Shown: positions 10,790 to 25,084 of the stretch, in pieces
Layout: each line of letters starts with the position of its first letter
How positions within the stretch are numbered: position 1 is the first letter of the stretch
From: Paragordius varius
Taxonomy: Eukaryota > Animalia > Nematomorpha
Direction of reading: 5' to 3'
DNA length: 64,000 nucleotides
Assembly: GCA_964247055.1 (NCBI GenBank)
Contig: OZ176051.1
Coordinates: forward strand, 14,508,001-14,572,000
Notes under the pieces: generated by a model
What the model was told of the DNA's origin: nothing
Seen by the model: the letters and a program-made list of their open reading frames with translations, nothing else
Database searches by the model: none
Position numbers and translations under genes: made by a program

Positions 10790-12450
10790 CGCTGCGTATA
10801 TGAAACATTATGATATTACTATTGTTGTTTAAACAAGTCCATAATAAATGTTATGTTTGTAATATTTCATTCGTCTTCTATTATTCCCGCGATGGCAAAA
10901 GTTTATTTGAAGCTGTTTGACGAAAAGGATTTTTACCAATATGTAAGAATGCTGCTGTAAAAAACATGACGATAAGCGATATTGCAAGCGTTATTTCTCG
11001 CCTACACAGGTATGTCAGTTAGGAAACATTACCTGCCGGACATCATAAAAGCCGGTTAGATTTACAAGTCAAACAAGACAAAAATCTTCCGGTATTAACT
11101 TCATTTTATCGTAATTATAATGAAATGTTTACGAAGTTCCCAATACGGATCAAAACGGAGTTGAAAAATGCAATTTCAAGCTTGACGTGGTTTAAAAAAT
11201 GCGCGCTTTATTTACAGGCCCAGAGCTTATAATTAGACCTGTTCACTAGATTCCCTCCACGTGGGAAAGCGAACCCGTACCCTTAAAACAGCTGTACACA
11301 TTGCCCTCAACTACGAAAGGGCGCATCGATTGACAAAGACAACAGAACAAGTGTCGGTATTGCGGCTTAAATCATGCAACCGGCAGATGTCAAGCGTGGG
11401 GTAAGCATTGTTACAAATTCCAGAGCTTGAATCACTTCCTACTGTATTGTAAAGGAAAATGATCATAAACATTCAACTTACACAAATGTAGAACCACCCC
11501 CAAAAGAGTAATAATAAATGATCAAAATCAATACGCTTGATTCCGAATAATAGATTCTAAAGCTTGGTGAACGAATTGGTGAGCCAAGGTTGCATAAACA
11601 AGACAAGAACTATGTGGCCATGGTGGACAAAGGTTCAATACCATGTGCTAAAACTATGGTCAGGGTGCAATTAGATGGTAAAACAAAACCTCTGGTGTGC
11701 ATGGGGGTGGTCGATAGGGCCCCAGCTTGGTTGAGATTGGTCACGAGAACGAATGTCATGAAACAGATGCGAATTGCAAAAGTTTTAAGAATACTATATA
11801 CCATTTTGTATTACATATTTACTTTAAAAATTAATTAAATGTTTTTGATTATTTTTTTATGTTAACTATAAACTATTTTAGAATAAATAAAGTAAAGGTA
11901 GTTGATATTCAAATACCATTGTTTGGTTTTGAGCAGTTTTGAATTGTTTGAGGGTGAATTTGGTGTGCATAGTATATTTGAGAGACGTACTTGTTTGTGA
12001 TAAGCTAGGTTGTTATACCCTACCCCTATAAAACAAATTTTAAAAAATCCATAGCCAAAATTTTGAATTGTCTTGCAATCCTAAATCAATTTAATGACTG
12101 TTAGAAGCTTAGATAAGTAGGATAGTAGACCCAACGATAAAACAATTAACTTCAGCACCTTTGTTGTTTGTATAACAAAATCAAACGGCGTGTTATTATG
12201 TGCGGATTATCGTATCACAATCTCTAGCACATGACAACTACATAGTTTTAAAAATGATTGGAGTCATTCAATAAAATATTTTTTAAAAATCCCTATTTAC
12301 AAATGCCATTTGACTAAGGATGTCAAAAATTACTATAACAACACCCCTCACCCTTTCAAGGGATTAAATTATAAGGATTATCCCGAAGCAGTTTGTGTTC
12401 ACGCCATTTTAATACCAAAGACATACCGAAGTGAGCATAAATAGAACTTA
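10790..12450 (+). mobile_element. Gypsy-type LTR retrotransposon relic (gag/protease/RT fragments)
   Basis: Gag-knuckle-like HATGRCQAWGKHCY (~11370), protease-like VRVQLDG (~11655), RT-like APLLFV.KSNG..LCADYRITI (~12155) and PYLQMPFD (~12290). All are frameshifted. Confidence 0.65.
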
Positions 12451-12544
12451 AGGGTATATTAAGGAAAGCAAATTAAAACTTTTTCAACCGTCGGTAAGTT
12501 ATTTAAAATATGTTTATTCAGCAACGGCATCTAACTAGCCGCTA

Positions 12545-14280
12545 TCAGTAATTTATTGTTTTGTTTTCTTCGCAGGGGAGTTTTCATGGGCAGATAATTG
12601 GCTGCTTTGACATAGTCATTCTAAATATCTCGTTAAAATATCATACATCTAAAAACCCAGGTTTAGCATTACTAATTGATAACTGTCAGCAAAAAGTGTG
12701 CAGATGAATTCAATAATACCCATTTAGTTTATCTCTGACATTAAATTAAAAACACACACAGTAAAGTCCGCCAAAAGGTATCGTTAATCATTTCGAATTT
12801 TGTGCCTGAAAAAAAAAACATTTTCAGAACCCATCACCAATACAAGAAAAAAACTGTTAAAAATTATTATTTATCTGCTTTATCGATTAAAACATGTGAA
12901 ACATGGTATTGAAAGATTACAGTAAAAATTTAAATTATACGGAAACCTAAAAATACATAGACAAATTTTTTTTCCAAAAGACAAGCATACTTTTTTAACC
13001 TTCATTTTTAAAAATATAACTCATTGTTTTAAATTGTAAAGTAAAAATTATTGGTGACACAATCAATTATATATTTTATAATAATTATATATATATATGG
13101 GAAAAATTAAGATTTATAAAAGTATGGTTATCTTTAAAAAAAAATATTTGTCCTTATATTTTTACTTTTTGTTCGTATAATTTCAGTTTTTACTGTATAA
13201 GTTTTGACTACAATGAAAAGGAGCGGGGAGATGTAACTGCGACGACGATGAAGTTCAAGAGTTATTGGGTGAAAACTTATCTCAAACACAACGGCAAGGG
13301 ACTAAAGCATTAATGTTCAGAAAAATTATCAGTAGAGATATACAACAAATGGGAAAACCATCAAACTCGATAAGTTGGATCCCACACAATTGGAATGAAA
13401 ACGTGAAATTAAAATCTCAAAGTTGACTTGTGTGAAATGCTCCTTTAATGTCAAGAAAGAAAATTATTTTTGCATCGATATGGGCAGGATATGACTGACC
13501 TTAATTTGCAAATCCAAAATCGTAACTTTTATTTTAACAAGCTTATCCATGAACACCAAGATAAAAGACCATCCTTTGTGCCTGGTGTGATGAAAACCAT
13601 ATTGTGTATTTCATTAAAACTTGAAATTATACGGACAAAACGTAAACATATAAAGACAAATATTTGTATCTAAACGACAAGCATTCTTTTAAATAAAACT
13701 TTAATTTTATGAATATAAGCTATTTAGTTACAACCGTAAAAACATAGAATTGATTATGTTAGTTTTATATATCTCTTCTCTATTTTATACTTTGCCGTTA
13801 ACAACAATCAATTTTATGGACATAAAAACAGATTTAAAAAGTATGATTGTCTTTTGGAAAAAACATTTGTTTTTATATTTTTACGTTTTGTCCGTACAAT
13901 TGTAATATTTAGTGTATAAATTTTTGGAGCCATGTGAAACCTTTAATATACGCAATACTACAACTAATAATTAATAAACCATGCTACTTATATCGATCCG
14001 GAATAGGCCATTAGTTGTATGAAAAGCCAATGACAGACACCTAAACTATAAGGAAAATTTCTACGATCGCCCTCTCCTGGCCTGACGCCATCTAACTAAT
14101 ACCTCTCCGCATCAGCCGAGCTTATAGAGCAATACTTAACTAATATTGAAGGACAAAGGATAGCTTAACAAAGGGTTTGCCGCAAGAAATAATCAGTTTA
14201 TTTCGGTATGACATTTATATGCTACCTAAGAGACAGGTACTATGTGGAAGTTGATGGATATTTTTTTAAATAAACTAAAT
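12545..14280 (+). mobile_element. Degenerate mariner (Mos1-like) element interrupted by two MITE-A copies
   Basis: NFVP start (~12795), DDDEVQELLGEN.SQTQR, WIPHN, SPGLTPSN (cf. YSPDLAPSD) near 14075 and a C-terminal YV.VDGYF. MITE-A insertions at 12920-13195 and ~13610-13913. The 5' 150 bp recur at 25750-25895. Confidence 0.75.
12920..13195. mobile_element. MITE family A copy
   Basis: TA|CAGTAAAAATTTAAATTATACGG ... CGTATAATTTCAGTTTTTACTG|TA. Confidence 0.85.
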
Positions 14281-17262
14281 AATTGAGTTCCTCTCAAAAT
14301 TACATGTTGCTTCCCCCAAAACAAGTAAAACTTATGACCAGGCTGTCTGGTCCCAGTTCGGAATATAAGCTTTAAATATTGTTTAACCACTCATAAATTT
14401 AGTTATTCACGGAAAACGAATCCATAAATACTTTAAAACAAGACAATTTTTTGAATTGTTTAACCATAATTCTCAGTTTTTACATTTAGTCATCAATTTT
14501 TACTGTATGCTAGACAGAATTTTGAATTTTTACGTTTAAGTTATATAACAACACCCCTTATTTTTATAAAATACATTAAAATTTGAATATAGTAAGCTAA
14601 AAGACTAAAATAATAAATAAAATAGTGAAACATAATATTTTCCAAAAAAGCGTAATGTTAATTGAAATAAGAAAAAGTTTATTTAAATCATAATTTAATA
14701 ATTTTTTGAGAAGCGATTATATATCAATTTTAAATGATGATGGGCCCACATAGACCTTGGTAATTTAATATGCGTAATCATTTATAACTTATAATAATTA
14801 AAACAAGTATAATATTTCAGCGATATTGATACCTGTCTTTGTCTTGATATTTTTAACATCAAATTTTTTAATGTAAATCCTAATGTCATTTAACAATTTT
14901 TTTAACATATCAAAAATAGTCCTTAACCCATTTGAAAATGCTATAAAAGGGGGTGCTTTCAAATCTAATTTTATACTTGTCTATTTTATTCATCCAATCC
15001 TACTTTATAAATCATGAATTCTATTTGTGCCATTGTATGCCTGTTTCTGATAATGCAAATGCCCATGGTTAAGGTCAGCTTTTTATATATTTTTTTATAA
15101 AAAAATTGATAAGATTTGTAGTACATTTAATGAACATATATACTCCTCGGTAGGCTTAATGTATACAAACTAAAATAATTCAGATGCAGAAAATTGTAAG
15201 GACAAAAAGACAAAATTTTTTTTTAAAAGGCAACCAATTTTTTTTAAAATTAATTTATCGATTTTTGTTACCAATTAACATAATATTTTATCCTCTGTGA
15301 TTATTAGCAAAAATCACTTTAATCAAGATTAAAAGTATGGTTGTCTTTAGAAAAAAATATTTGTTTGTATAGATTTACATTGTGTCCGTATAATTAATCA
15401 TTTACCGAAATTAGTCAATCAGATGTTAAAAAATAAATTTTGATTCTACATAAATTTACAATTTAAAATAATATAATTGAGTTTGTTACCAATTTACAGA
15501 TCTATAATGCCCTCATGTATTAATATGCTTAGAAAAATTTCGTGGTGTGTTGAATATACCCTAAAAATTGAAATTATACGTACAAAACCTAAAAATATAA
15601 AGACAAATATTTTTCTCACAACCATACTTTATAAATCATGATTCATATTAATATAATTCATTGTTTTAAATTGTAAAGTATAAAATTGGTATGTATAATG
15701 GTTACACAATCAATTCTATATTTTACAATTAATATTATATAATTTACATAGGTTTAAAAAAGTATGGTTGTCTTGAAAAAAATATCTATCCTTATATCCT
15801 TTTGTCCGCATAAGTTTTTGCTGTAAATATACATTTTTCACAAAAATTATCCTAATAAATTATAATATATCAGATAGGTTAATGTAGGAGTATTATGGTG
15901 CTTTTATTTTGGCTATTACGTGTGCTTTAAAAAAATCATTTACATTTTTATATTGGAAAATGGCAAAATTTGCGCACATTTTGTTAAAAGAGTTTTTGGT
16001 AAAAAATAAATGCTTTATTCCAAAAATATCATTAAAATATATTAACTATATATATGCCAACAATACTCTTATAAAATTTAGAAATTTAGGCGTGAGCTTT
16101 TTTGTCCTTCTAAAATGGGCTAATTTCCATAAAATATTAATATAAGATGGCGAAGTTGCGCAATAAAAATTTTAATTTATGCTAAATTTTATCAACAAAA
16201 AAATTTATTCCGAAAAATGGATGTTTCGCTGAAAAAGTTACATTTAAAACTGGAATTAAACGTACAAAACTTAAAAATATAAAGAATTTTTTCATAAGAC
16301 AACCATACTTTTTAAAACATTAATTTTGATATATAAAATATTTAAACATTGTAAACTACATAATTGATTGGGCTATTTGCACTTTAAAACAATTATATTT
16401 TAAAAATCAAGATTCAATATAGTTGCCTTCTAAAAAATATTTGTCTTTATATTTAAACGTTTTGTCCGTATAATCTCAATTTTTACTGTAATTTATAACA
16501 TTCTGTTTGAATACTTCATATTATTTTGAAGCGTAACTCGAAATGGTATAGAAACGCTTTAAGGTATTACAAAAACATTTTATTTTATTATTTGATGACA
16601 CTGAACATTTCTATCACCTCAGAATTTTAATTAATCTTAAAATTAATAGTAATTAAAAGTTTAAAAAACTCCTCAATATTTAACAGCAAACAACATTTAT
16701 GTTAAAATTCTAGGTAGTAGAAATCAGCATTAAACTATACAGTCACTTTAAAACAGTATGCACGCTTCAACAAAATTTTGTTATAAAACCAAATTTTTAA
16801 AAATATCCATTATACATTTGTATTTTAATTTTTGGCAAATATTTAATATTTTTAGTTCGATTTTTTGGCATTTATGTGTGAAGTAGCCCATTTTAAAATG
16901 CAGAAAAATTTGGGACTTTTCTAAACATTGCTTTTTATATGTGGTCTATTATATATTTTAGTGTATATTTAGCTTTCCTTAAAAAAATCATAGAATATAA
17001 TCAAATTTTGCCATGAAGAACTAATCACGAAATTGTAAATACTCTCTTTAAATCAATCACAAAAACCAAAAGTACCTGATAAACCTTATACATTTTCCTC
17101 ACACAATATATTATATCACACATTATGATGGTATTTTTTATCTTTCGTAATTTTGGACGCAGTGTATATAGCTAAAATTGCTCAATGGAAAACACACACT
17201 ATTGAATTATATTCTGAAACAAAATAATTTTTGAAAGATTAACCAAAATATTATGGCCTATA

Positions 17263-18271
17263 ATGAATTTTAATTTTCCTTTCTTGGTTAAATTGGTAGG
17301 TCAATGTATGGTTACCCTAAATGGAACAGAAATAATGATGCCCGCCGCCGTAAGTCGTATAGTGAGGGGCGACGCCGCTCAGTTCCTTCTAATTAATGCT
17401 GTTGGAGGGGATTGTTCAGCTAATTTTAATGTCTACACTTATAATGGTTGCACCATGAGTACATTTTACATTTTTTATCTTTTATTTATATATTTTTCAC
17501 TAAAATAGCGTCGTTAATTAAAAAAAACATTGCCATTTCATTACATAAGACAGATAGGATTTAAAGGAATACGAAAATTGGGAAAGGTTTAACTACCATT
17601 TAATCACTAAAATAATCTTCTACTTAATAATAAATACATCATCGATATTTTACCCATACATTTTCATTTGTAAAGACTTTTTTTGCAAAATAAACCATTT
17701 ACAATTCAAATTCCTAAAAATAAATTTGTTTTAGGGCTAATATAAGTCATCATTTATAAGGTGCATATTATTTTTTCAGTATATATATAATTTTTAACGT
17801 AATTTCATTTTTTGAAAATATGAAAAAGTATAAATAATTTATTTAAAAAAACATAATATATTTTAGGGTGGATGTGAATTGTTCAAGGATGAATTAGAAT
17901 TGTTCAAGGATGAATTTCTATTGTTTAAGCGTGAATTTGAACTGTAAATGTATATAACTGTCAATAAATATATATATTTGACAATTTATAGCAAAATACG
18001 TTTGAAGCCGTTTATACTTATGGCTTTTTGAGAATTGGTTGGTTAAATCCGTTATATTTCCGATATATATATATATATATATTTAGGTGTGACAATTGGC
18101 GGGAGGACATTGACTGTTACGGATGGAGTTATAACACAAGATCCTGCAGGTCCAGTACCTGCGATTGTGGTCAATGCAAGAGCGACTTTAGGCGAGAATC
18201 AAGGAAGTCGAATTGTTAACTACGCCATAGGTCCTCTTCCCGACGGTGAGACGGCCACTTTAGCGGTATAA
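17263..18271 (+). CDS. Small (126 aa) beta-strand-rich protein with RGD motif, paralog A; exons 17263-17458 and 18087-18271
   Basis: Phase-1 GT-AG junction. Protein: MNFNFPFLVKLVGQCMVTLNGTEIMMPAAVSRIVRGDAAQFLLINAVGGDCSANFNVYTYNGCTM/SVTIGGRTLTVTDGVITQDPAGPVPAIVVNARATLGENQGSRIVNYAIGPLPDGETATLAV*. Frame and splice sites are shared with the inverted copy. The true start, or an extra 5' exon using acceptor ggtag at ~17300, is uncertain. Confidence 0.75.
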
Positions 18272-18384
18272 TTTTATATCCTACGTATTAAGTTTCTTCT
18301 GACTTTAATTATAAAAACTAAATGTTTATGTATAAACGAACATTTTCAATATGAATACAGACCTAAATAATTTCTGTAAAATAT

Positions 18385-18490
18385 ATGGCATTGATAATAG
18401 GGCGCCAGACTCTTATATTATGTTGAGTACAGGATAACTTCGAAACTATTAAATTTTTGCATTATTGTCAGCGCTGGGCGGCGTGATTAA
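18385..18490 (+). mobile_element. Degenerate copy of tRNA-derived SINE
   Basis: Shares gactctta, cgaaacta, aatttt..cattat and cagc.ctgg blocks with 36447-36604. Inverted-duplication partner at ~31627-31765. Confidence 0.5.
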
Positions 18491-18849
18491 ATAATTCAAA
18501 AGTTGTTACCAAAAGGAAAAAAATATATAATTGAGTGTTACCGTTATACAGTCAATTCCTAATTTACGAGTACGAAAGAATATTATGAAACAATCAAGAT
18601 TTAAAAAAACAGAATTGTTACAAACAAATATTATATTTTTGACTTATTATAATTTCTAAAAGTAAAATACGATAATATAAAACCAACCATATTTTAAAAT
18701 TTATCGTTTTGGATAGAATAATAATACCAAGTTAAGTCATTATACCGATTTAACTAAGTAAAGACGTCATCGAAAAGTACGCAGACAGATTTGATACAGA
18801 CCCCCATTTTATAAATCTGACAATAAGCCAATCATACACAAGTTGATTC

Positions 18850-19200
18850 GCCAAAAACAACAGTGTTTTTATTATCATTCACTCATCAGGTAATTTTATG
18901 TCTGAAAAAATTTGCGGCACACACTAATATAAGAACTATAGGAAATTATCGTATGGTTAACAAGGTTTTTGATTAGCATTGTGACACATGGTTTTGCAGT
19001 AATAGAAGTTGGGATTTCCCTCGAAACAGTGATGGTCCTTTTAAAAATCATACAACTGCGAGGAGACTAAAGTGCAAATATAGGACTCAATCACAAAGTA
19101 TTTATCAAAAAATGTCTACGAAAATCAGAGTGCTCAGTATATGAATTTCACACATAAACATCAAATCGAATATCGTGAAGGCGTTTTAACGTCACGCAAA
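18850..19200 (+). mobile_element. Mariner 5'-coding fragment (inverted partner ~30640-30930)
   Basis: tgtgacacatggtttt and caactgcgaggagactaaagtg match the mariner relic at 35850-35920. Confidence 0.55.
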
Positions 19201-19419
19201 ATAATCAGTTTAGTCACAAATGTGTGAGATGGGTGATTGCTTTAAAATTAGCGGATCCTGCCTTGCCAAGACCTTTGTTGTCAAATCACCGTGAAACCAG
19301 ATATGCCTGTGTCTAGCGGGACATGAACGATATTGTGCATTATAGGCTTCGAAACCCCAGGGAAACAGTTAATACACATCTCTATCGTCATTAAATTAAT
19401 TTCTACTGTTTATTCAGCA

Positions 19420-19985
19420 AAAAAGGCCTGATGGCCAAAATACATGACAAAGTAATTGAATCTTCAACTCCTGACATCAGAAAGAGAATAGATTGGATAG
19501 AAAAGCGATGACCAAATTAATAAAGATTTGGAAAAGCAAAAGCGTAGCAGTCGAAACTAAAAAAAGAATACTCTACTGTTTTATTCTGGTTGTGAGAACT
19601 CTCAGAAAAAGAGACAATGAAAGATATATGGCTTTCGAAAGGAGCTGCTGGAGTAGAATGCTGAGATATACCTGGAAGGATAAAAGTGGAATAACTACCG
19701 AAATAAATCCCGAAACAAACATCCTGGAGATAATTCTAAAAAAACGTTAACATATTTTGGTAATGTAATGCGATGGAATTCTTTAGAGAAAGACACGTTT
19801 AGGCAGGTGGAAGGAAAAAGGAAACGAGGCCGACAACAGATTTGGTGATTGGATATGATTAAAGAGTAGATCAAAATAACATTGAACGATCTCAATATAG
19901 CGGTAAAAGATAAAAGGAAGTGGTAAGCAATAGTAGAAACTATATCCAAAAATCGTTTACAACTTTGAAATAACCAACCAACCAT
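19420..19985 (+). mobile_element. 5'-truncated, internally deleted RTE LINE 3' fragment with (AACC)n tail
   Basis: From tcttcaactcctgacatcagaaagagaata onward it aligns to 48137-48690 of the full-length RTE and ends in aaccaaccaacc. Confidence 0.9.
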
Positions 19986-22249
19986 ATTAATAAATATAAA
20001 AACTAAGAAAACTAAAGAAATGATTATACTGATAAGAAAAACTTAAATCCACTATCAAATTCACCCCAAACAATGCATGACCCTTGAACAATTCAAATTC
20101 ACCCTTAAATTATATTTTTCTAGCTGATTCATCATTAATATCAAATATATGTTTATGGCATATATTATTTTTTCGGTATTAGTATTAATTTTAACAAAAA
20201 CCATTTTTTTAAAAATATTGAAAAAAAAGTAATATTTAATGATAAAAAACACATAATATATGTCAGGGTGATTAAATTGTTAGAGGTGAATTGGAAAGGT
20301 CCAATGGTAAATTTGGATAAATGGTATGCATTTTTTTTCAAGTCATTATATAACTTTAATTATGACTGATTTAATATCGTAAGGCATAGTAATCGATACA
20401 AAGATATATAAAAAGTTAGAGATTTTTTAAAAATATTTGTGCCTTAGTTTTTGAATTTTGACTGTAAGTTTTCCTTTTTTTACTGTATTTTGATAATAAC
20501 TCTATACAATTCAATTTATATTATTTTCAATTTAGCTAACACTATGTGACGGGAGGCAATCTGTGGTTATTTATGTTTCTTAAAAGGAAGACATCGCAAA
20601 CCTTTTAACCTATAACGCTTATAGCATATGATTATAATTTTGTAGATTTGAACCGTTTTAATAAATTATACATTATTCAATTTATTATATCTATTGAGAT
20701 CGCGTGGATTTGTAAATAGTCAAAATGATGAGAAACATTTACAGAATTATTAATTACAACATATTCACTATTTTTTAAATCGTGGGGCATAAAAAACATC
20801 GTAATGTATTAGGATTTAAAATAAATGTAATGATTTTCATGGTGCTTTTGGATTTTTAATTTTAATTGGTCCTACGGAAAAGTCGCAAAATCCCCGCACG
20901 TTATGTTTGAGAAAAAATTTTTTGAATACAATACTTTTTTCTAAAAATATAATTAGAGTGTTCAATAAACTCTAAGTAACTTGTACCAATTCTTCATATA
21001 TATTTTCGTTTCATAACCGGAATTTATTCAATTCGAAAACAAAAATAACATTTAAATCAGAGATAGAAATGATGTTTATATAATATATTGGCGTTTTTTT
21101 CGATTCCGTACTATAGTAAAAACTGAATTTATACGACATAAAAGTATAAAGACAAATGTTTTTTTAAAAAAGACAACCATACTTTTTGTAACCTAATTAT
21201 TTTATATATAACTTATTGTTTTAAACTAAGTATGAATCCAGGTGTTTATTGGTAACACAATCTATTATATAATTTGTAGTATAAAACATTCAATATATAA
21301 AAAAAATTCAAGATTTAAAAGGATGGATCTTTTAGAAAAATAAATTTGCCTTTATATTTTCACGTTTTGTCCGTATAATTTTAATTTTAACTGTAATACA
21401 CAATAACATGAAGTACTATTCTGTTATAGTAAGCGGGACTCTCACAACCACTTGAATACATTAAAACCTCACTAAGTTTGGAAAAAATCATTATAATTAT
21501 AATTTTAACCATTTAATTATGTCATACTGTCTACATTTTTCTTTTAGATATTTCTATTTATTATATGTTGATGCATCCCTAAAAAGATCTAACTTTCAAA
21601 TAATTTCAAATTTGATAAATTAATTAATTTTAACAAGATTTTCGTCAGTTATCTTCTTTTGAATCAAAGCACATTAATTGAATTGTCTTGAATGGAAAAT
21701 ACATAAAAATATGTTAAAGCTATAAGCACCGAATTAAATCCATCTTCTTCCAGGGATCTAAAAAATATATTGATATTATCCCCATTTGTCATCGTCAAAC
21801 TTATTTTACATTTTTTTAAAATAAATATTTCCTGCCTCAAAACAAAAAAATAAAATCTGCCTAATTACATTAATGCATCATCAAAGTAATCTTAACTCAA
21901 CAATGAGAAAATTATGGATTTTCCCACGGTTGTACAAATTTATATGGACCAAATTAAAAAATATAGAGATAATCTTTTTTTAAAAAGACAACCATACTTT
22001 TTTAATCCTTAATATCCTAAAAACATTCAATTACAAACGTATAATACTTAATGTGTTACCAATCTACATTTCTATATTATACTTTGTAGTAACAATGGGT
22101 TATCTTTAAAAAAAATATATATTAAAAAAGTATGTTTGTCTTTTTGAAATATATTTGTCTTTATACTTCCACGTTGTCTGCATAATTTTAATTTTTACCG
22201 TATTTAATAATAAAGAATATTAAAACTCAAATCACTTTTATATCAATAA

Positions 22250-24600
22250 GTTATGTGCAATAAAAATTAATTTTAGTATGAATTTAGGGCTATAAAACGG
22301 CACTATTAGGGCTACGGTTTTGATTAATACTGATTAGCTTTTTAATTTTTTAGCTAGTTATTTTTATGTTTTTAAAAGATGTAAATTGTCTAATAAACAG
22401 AGTTTAAAAAATAAAATACCAAAATCATATTTTCACAAAGTTATATAAAGGTTTTACACTTAATAACGCATATTATAGGTACTCACCCTTTGTAAAGGAA
22501 GGACGTGAGTTCAAGGAAGTGATTTGAGATTTAATTTTAATTTCTACTCGTGAAAGCTATATACAGTATGAGTTAGTATATATTGCTAGAATTATTGTCA
22601 AATAGTATATAGCAAAGGGTATGTTATTGTCATATAGTATATTAAAAAGTGAATAAATAACTATAAGCCTATAACACTGCTCTTTGCTTATATGCTATTG
22701 GCAATAATTAATAACTTTCTAGCAATGTATAATTACTCATACAGTAATTACAGTGAAAATTGAAATTAAACAGACAAAACTTATAATATCAAAAAATGAA
22801 TATTTTTTTCTAAAAGAACACCTCATACTTAAACTTAATATAATTAATTCAAAGTATGGAATAGAGATGTAATTGGTAAAATTCAATTAATTTTATATTT
22901 TACAATTTTGATGAAATAGTATTGATATCTAAAAACTAAGTAAAAATTCGTTTAACATTGTCATTGTCTTTTAAAGAAATATTTTAAATATTTTTACGTT
23001 TTGTCCGTAAAATTTCAATTTTTACTGTATTTTCAACTTGAATGGAGATTTCTAAGAAACCAATGTTAAATGCTTTGAAGAATAATTAAAACTCTGCTAA
23101 TACTGTTTAAGATTTGAGAAAGGAGTAAGTAAATATTAATGTTAGATGGCTCTTATTGTAATATCTAATTTAAAGATACAGTAAAAACTTCAAATATAAT
23201 GACAAAATTTTTTTTATTAAAAAACAACCCATGCTTTGTTAGACCCTTATTTTTCCTATAAAACATTACAATGGTAAAATATGTAATGAATATATTACCA
23301 ATATACATCCTATTCTATATTTGGAATTTTAATAAAATGTATTATATTAAAAAATCAAGTTTAGTATTTTTGTATTTAAGAAAAAAATATTTGTCTCTAT
23401 ATTTCCATTTGTCCGTGTAATTTCAATTTTTACTGTAAAACTAAAGCTTGAATAAATGGAAATTTTAATATATTTAGTAAAACAATATTTATTATTAGTA
23501 ATATATTATAACTTTGCACAAAAAATTAAGGTTAAACCAATTTTTATTCCGAAACATTCAGGATATCACTCGAGAATTTCCGTCTAACAAGTCGGTAAGT
23601 AAAAATCCGCTCGGTAGAATTTTTAATTTATCATAGAACATAGAATTGAATTATTCAGACAGAATGACACAAATATTAAACCTAAGGTAAAATTTATATA
23701 AAATTTAAACATAAATATCATTAAAAGTAAATGATAATGATATTTTTACATAGAAAAAAGATGAAACCTTACCTTTGAAAATAATTTTCGAAAAAAAACA
23801 CATCATAATATATGTAAAAGTAATATTTTGGTGTTCTTGATCTCATTAACGCTTACAATGTTTCATCGAAATACACTACATGTAGTTTATTATTTAAAAT
23901 ATGTACATTTTAAATATTTCAAATGTTTTTTTGTGATTAAATTATAAAATAAACTGTTATGACAATGATGAAATATTGTCAACTTAAATATGGTTATTAT
24001 ATAAGTAATGCTTTTTCAAACTCAATACTTTTACCCGTACTCATAGTTTCATTAGTTATCAGGGTAGTTTTAGATCCCAGCACTAGTTTAACAAAATCTT
24101 GCATTCAGATTTCCAAGGAATGAATCAAAATTTCATTTCATAAAATGTAAAATTGTGAAATACACATCTAGCCACTATTTTTTTCTTATTTTCGAAAGCC
24201 ATACAAGGCAAATATATTATTTAAAATAAAAATTATTAATTTTAAAGTTCAAGGATATTTTACCAGCAAATTTTTGATATCTATTTATTTTATAATCAGA
24301 TATTCGTTTAAATTGGGATAAATAGGCTAGTTTTAAGCTTGTAATTCTTCATATAACATAATTTCCCATTAGCTTCTATCTACAAGATAATGTTAGATAT
24401 TTCTAAACAGTAGTATATTGACAGCTCTGCGGTGCAAATCTATCCTATAAACTAATAAACACAATATAATAAAATTATGATGGCATCGTTTGGACAGAGT
24501 TAAAACGGTGAATTTAAATATATATTTTATACATCACTTTGATTTTATTTAGTTTTAAATTTAAAAACAATTTGGAGAATATTTCATATTTAAAATGTTT
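22250..24600 (+). repeat. Direct segmental duplication unit A' (partner 8425-10540)
   Basis: See unit A. Carries an extra inverted-repeat insert at ~22565-22745 (CAGTATGAGT..ACTCATACAG). Confidence 0.85.
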
Positions 24601-24769
24601 ATAAAACTAATTTTTTAAGCATCTAGAACGTTAAATTTGGGTTATTCCAAAAATTATCGGTTATTTTTTCATTTGTAAATGATGCCAGGACTATAATTCA
24701 AATAATGTATTGGACCTGTTCTTTAGTAAAAATACGTATAATTGAAAGTTTATTATTTAATTTTTGAAA

Positions 24770-25000
24770 ATATTGTACATCAACTTCTACCACTTTGCCC
24801 ATTATATTAGAATGCCATACGAAAAATGATTATCTTTTTCTGCCAACCATTCGATAAGTCAATTTTCCACTTTGAAGCTCCAAAATAAGCAAATCATCGC
24901 CCGTCCTAATTTGATGAAAATGTTTTTTGTGACGTTCTAGCGGGATTTTACAAGTCACTTTGCGATTTTAGATTTTAAGTTCAAGTTCATATAAATGCGT
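24770..25000 (-). mobile_element. Mariner C-terminal relic
   Basis: Minus strand reads WLAEKDNHF..GIL...WAKVVEVD.QY with frameshifts. Confidence 0.55.
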
Positions 25001-25084
25001 GGGACCTTTTTAGTGAGTTTATAAGTTTTTCTAGTTTGCCGGAAAGTTTACTGATTGCTATTTGTAATATATTGCGACTGCCAA

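Larger units (their letters stand above)
12730..21435 (+). repeat. Left arm of inverted segmental duplication (partner ~28030-36070)
   Basis: Reverse-complement matches in order: 14930/34400, 15020/34300, 17300/32920, 18090/32050, 19500/30300, 20700/29100, 21080/28390, 21400-21435/28036-28072. Confidence 0.85.

Noticed and set aside
10850-11012. Exon-like stretch ending in CAG|GTATGT
   Set aside because: No consistent start or acceptor. It lies in the LTR/leader-gag region of the Gypsy relic.
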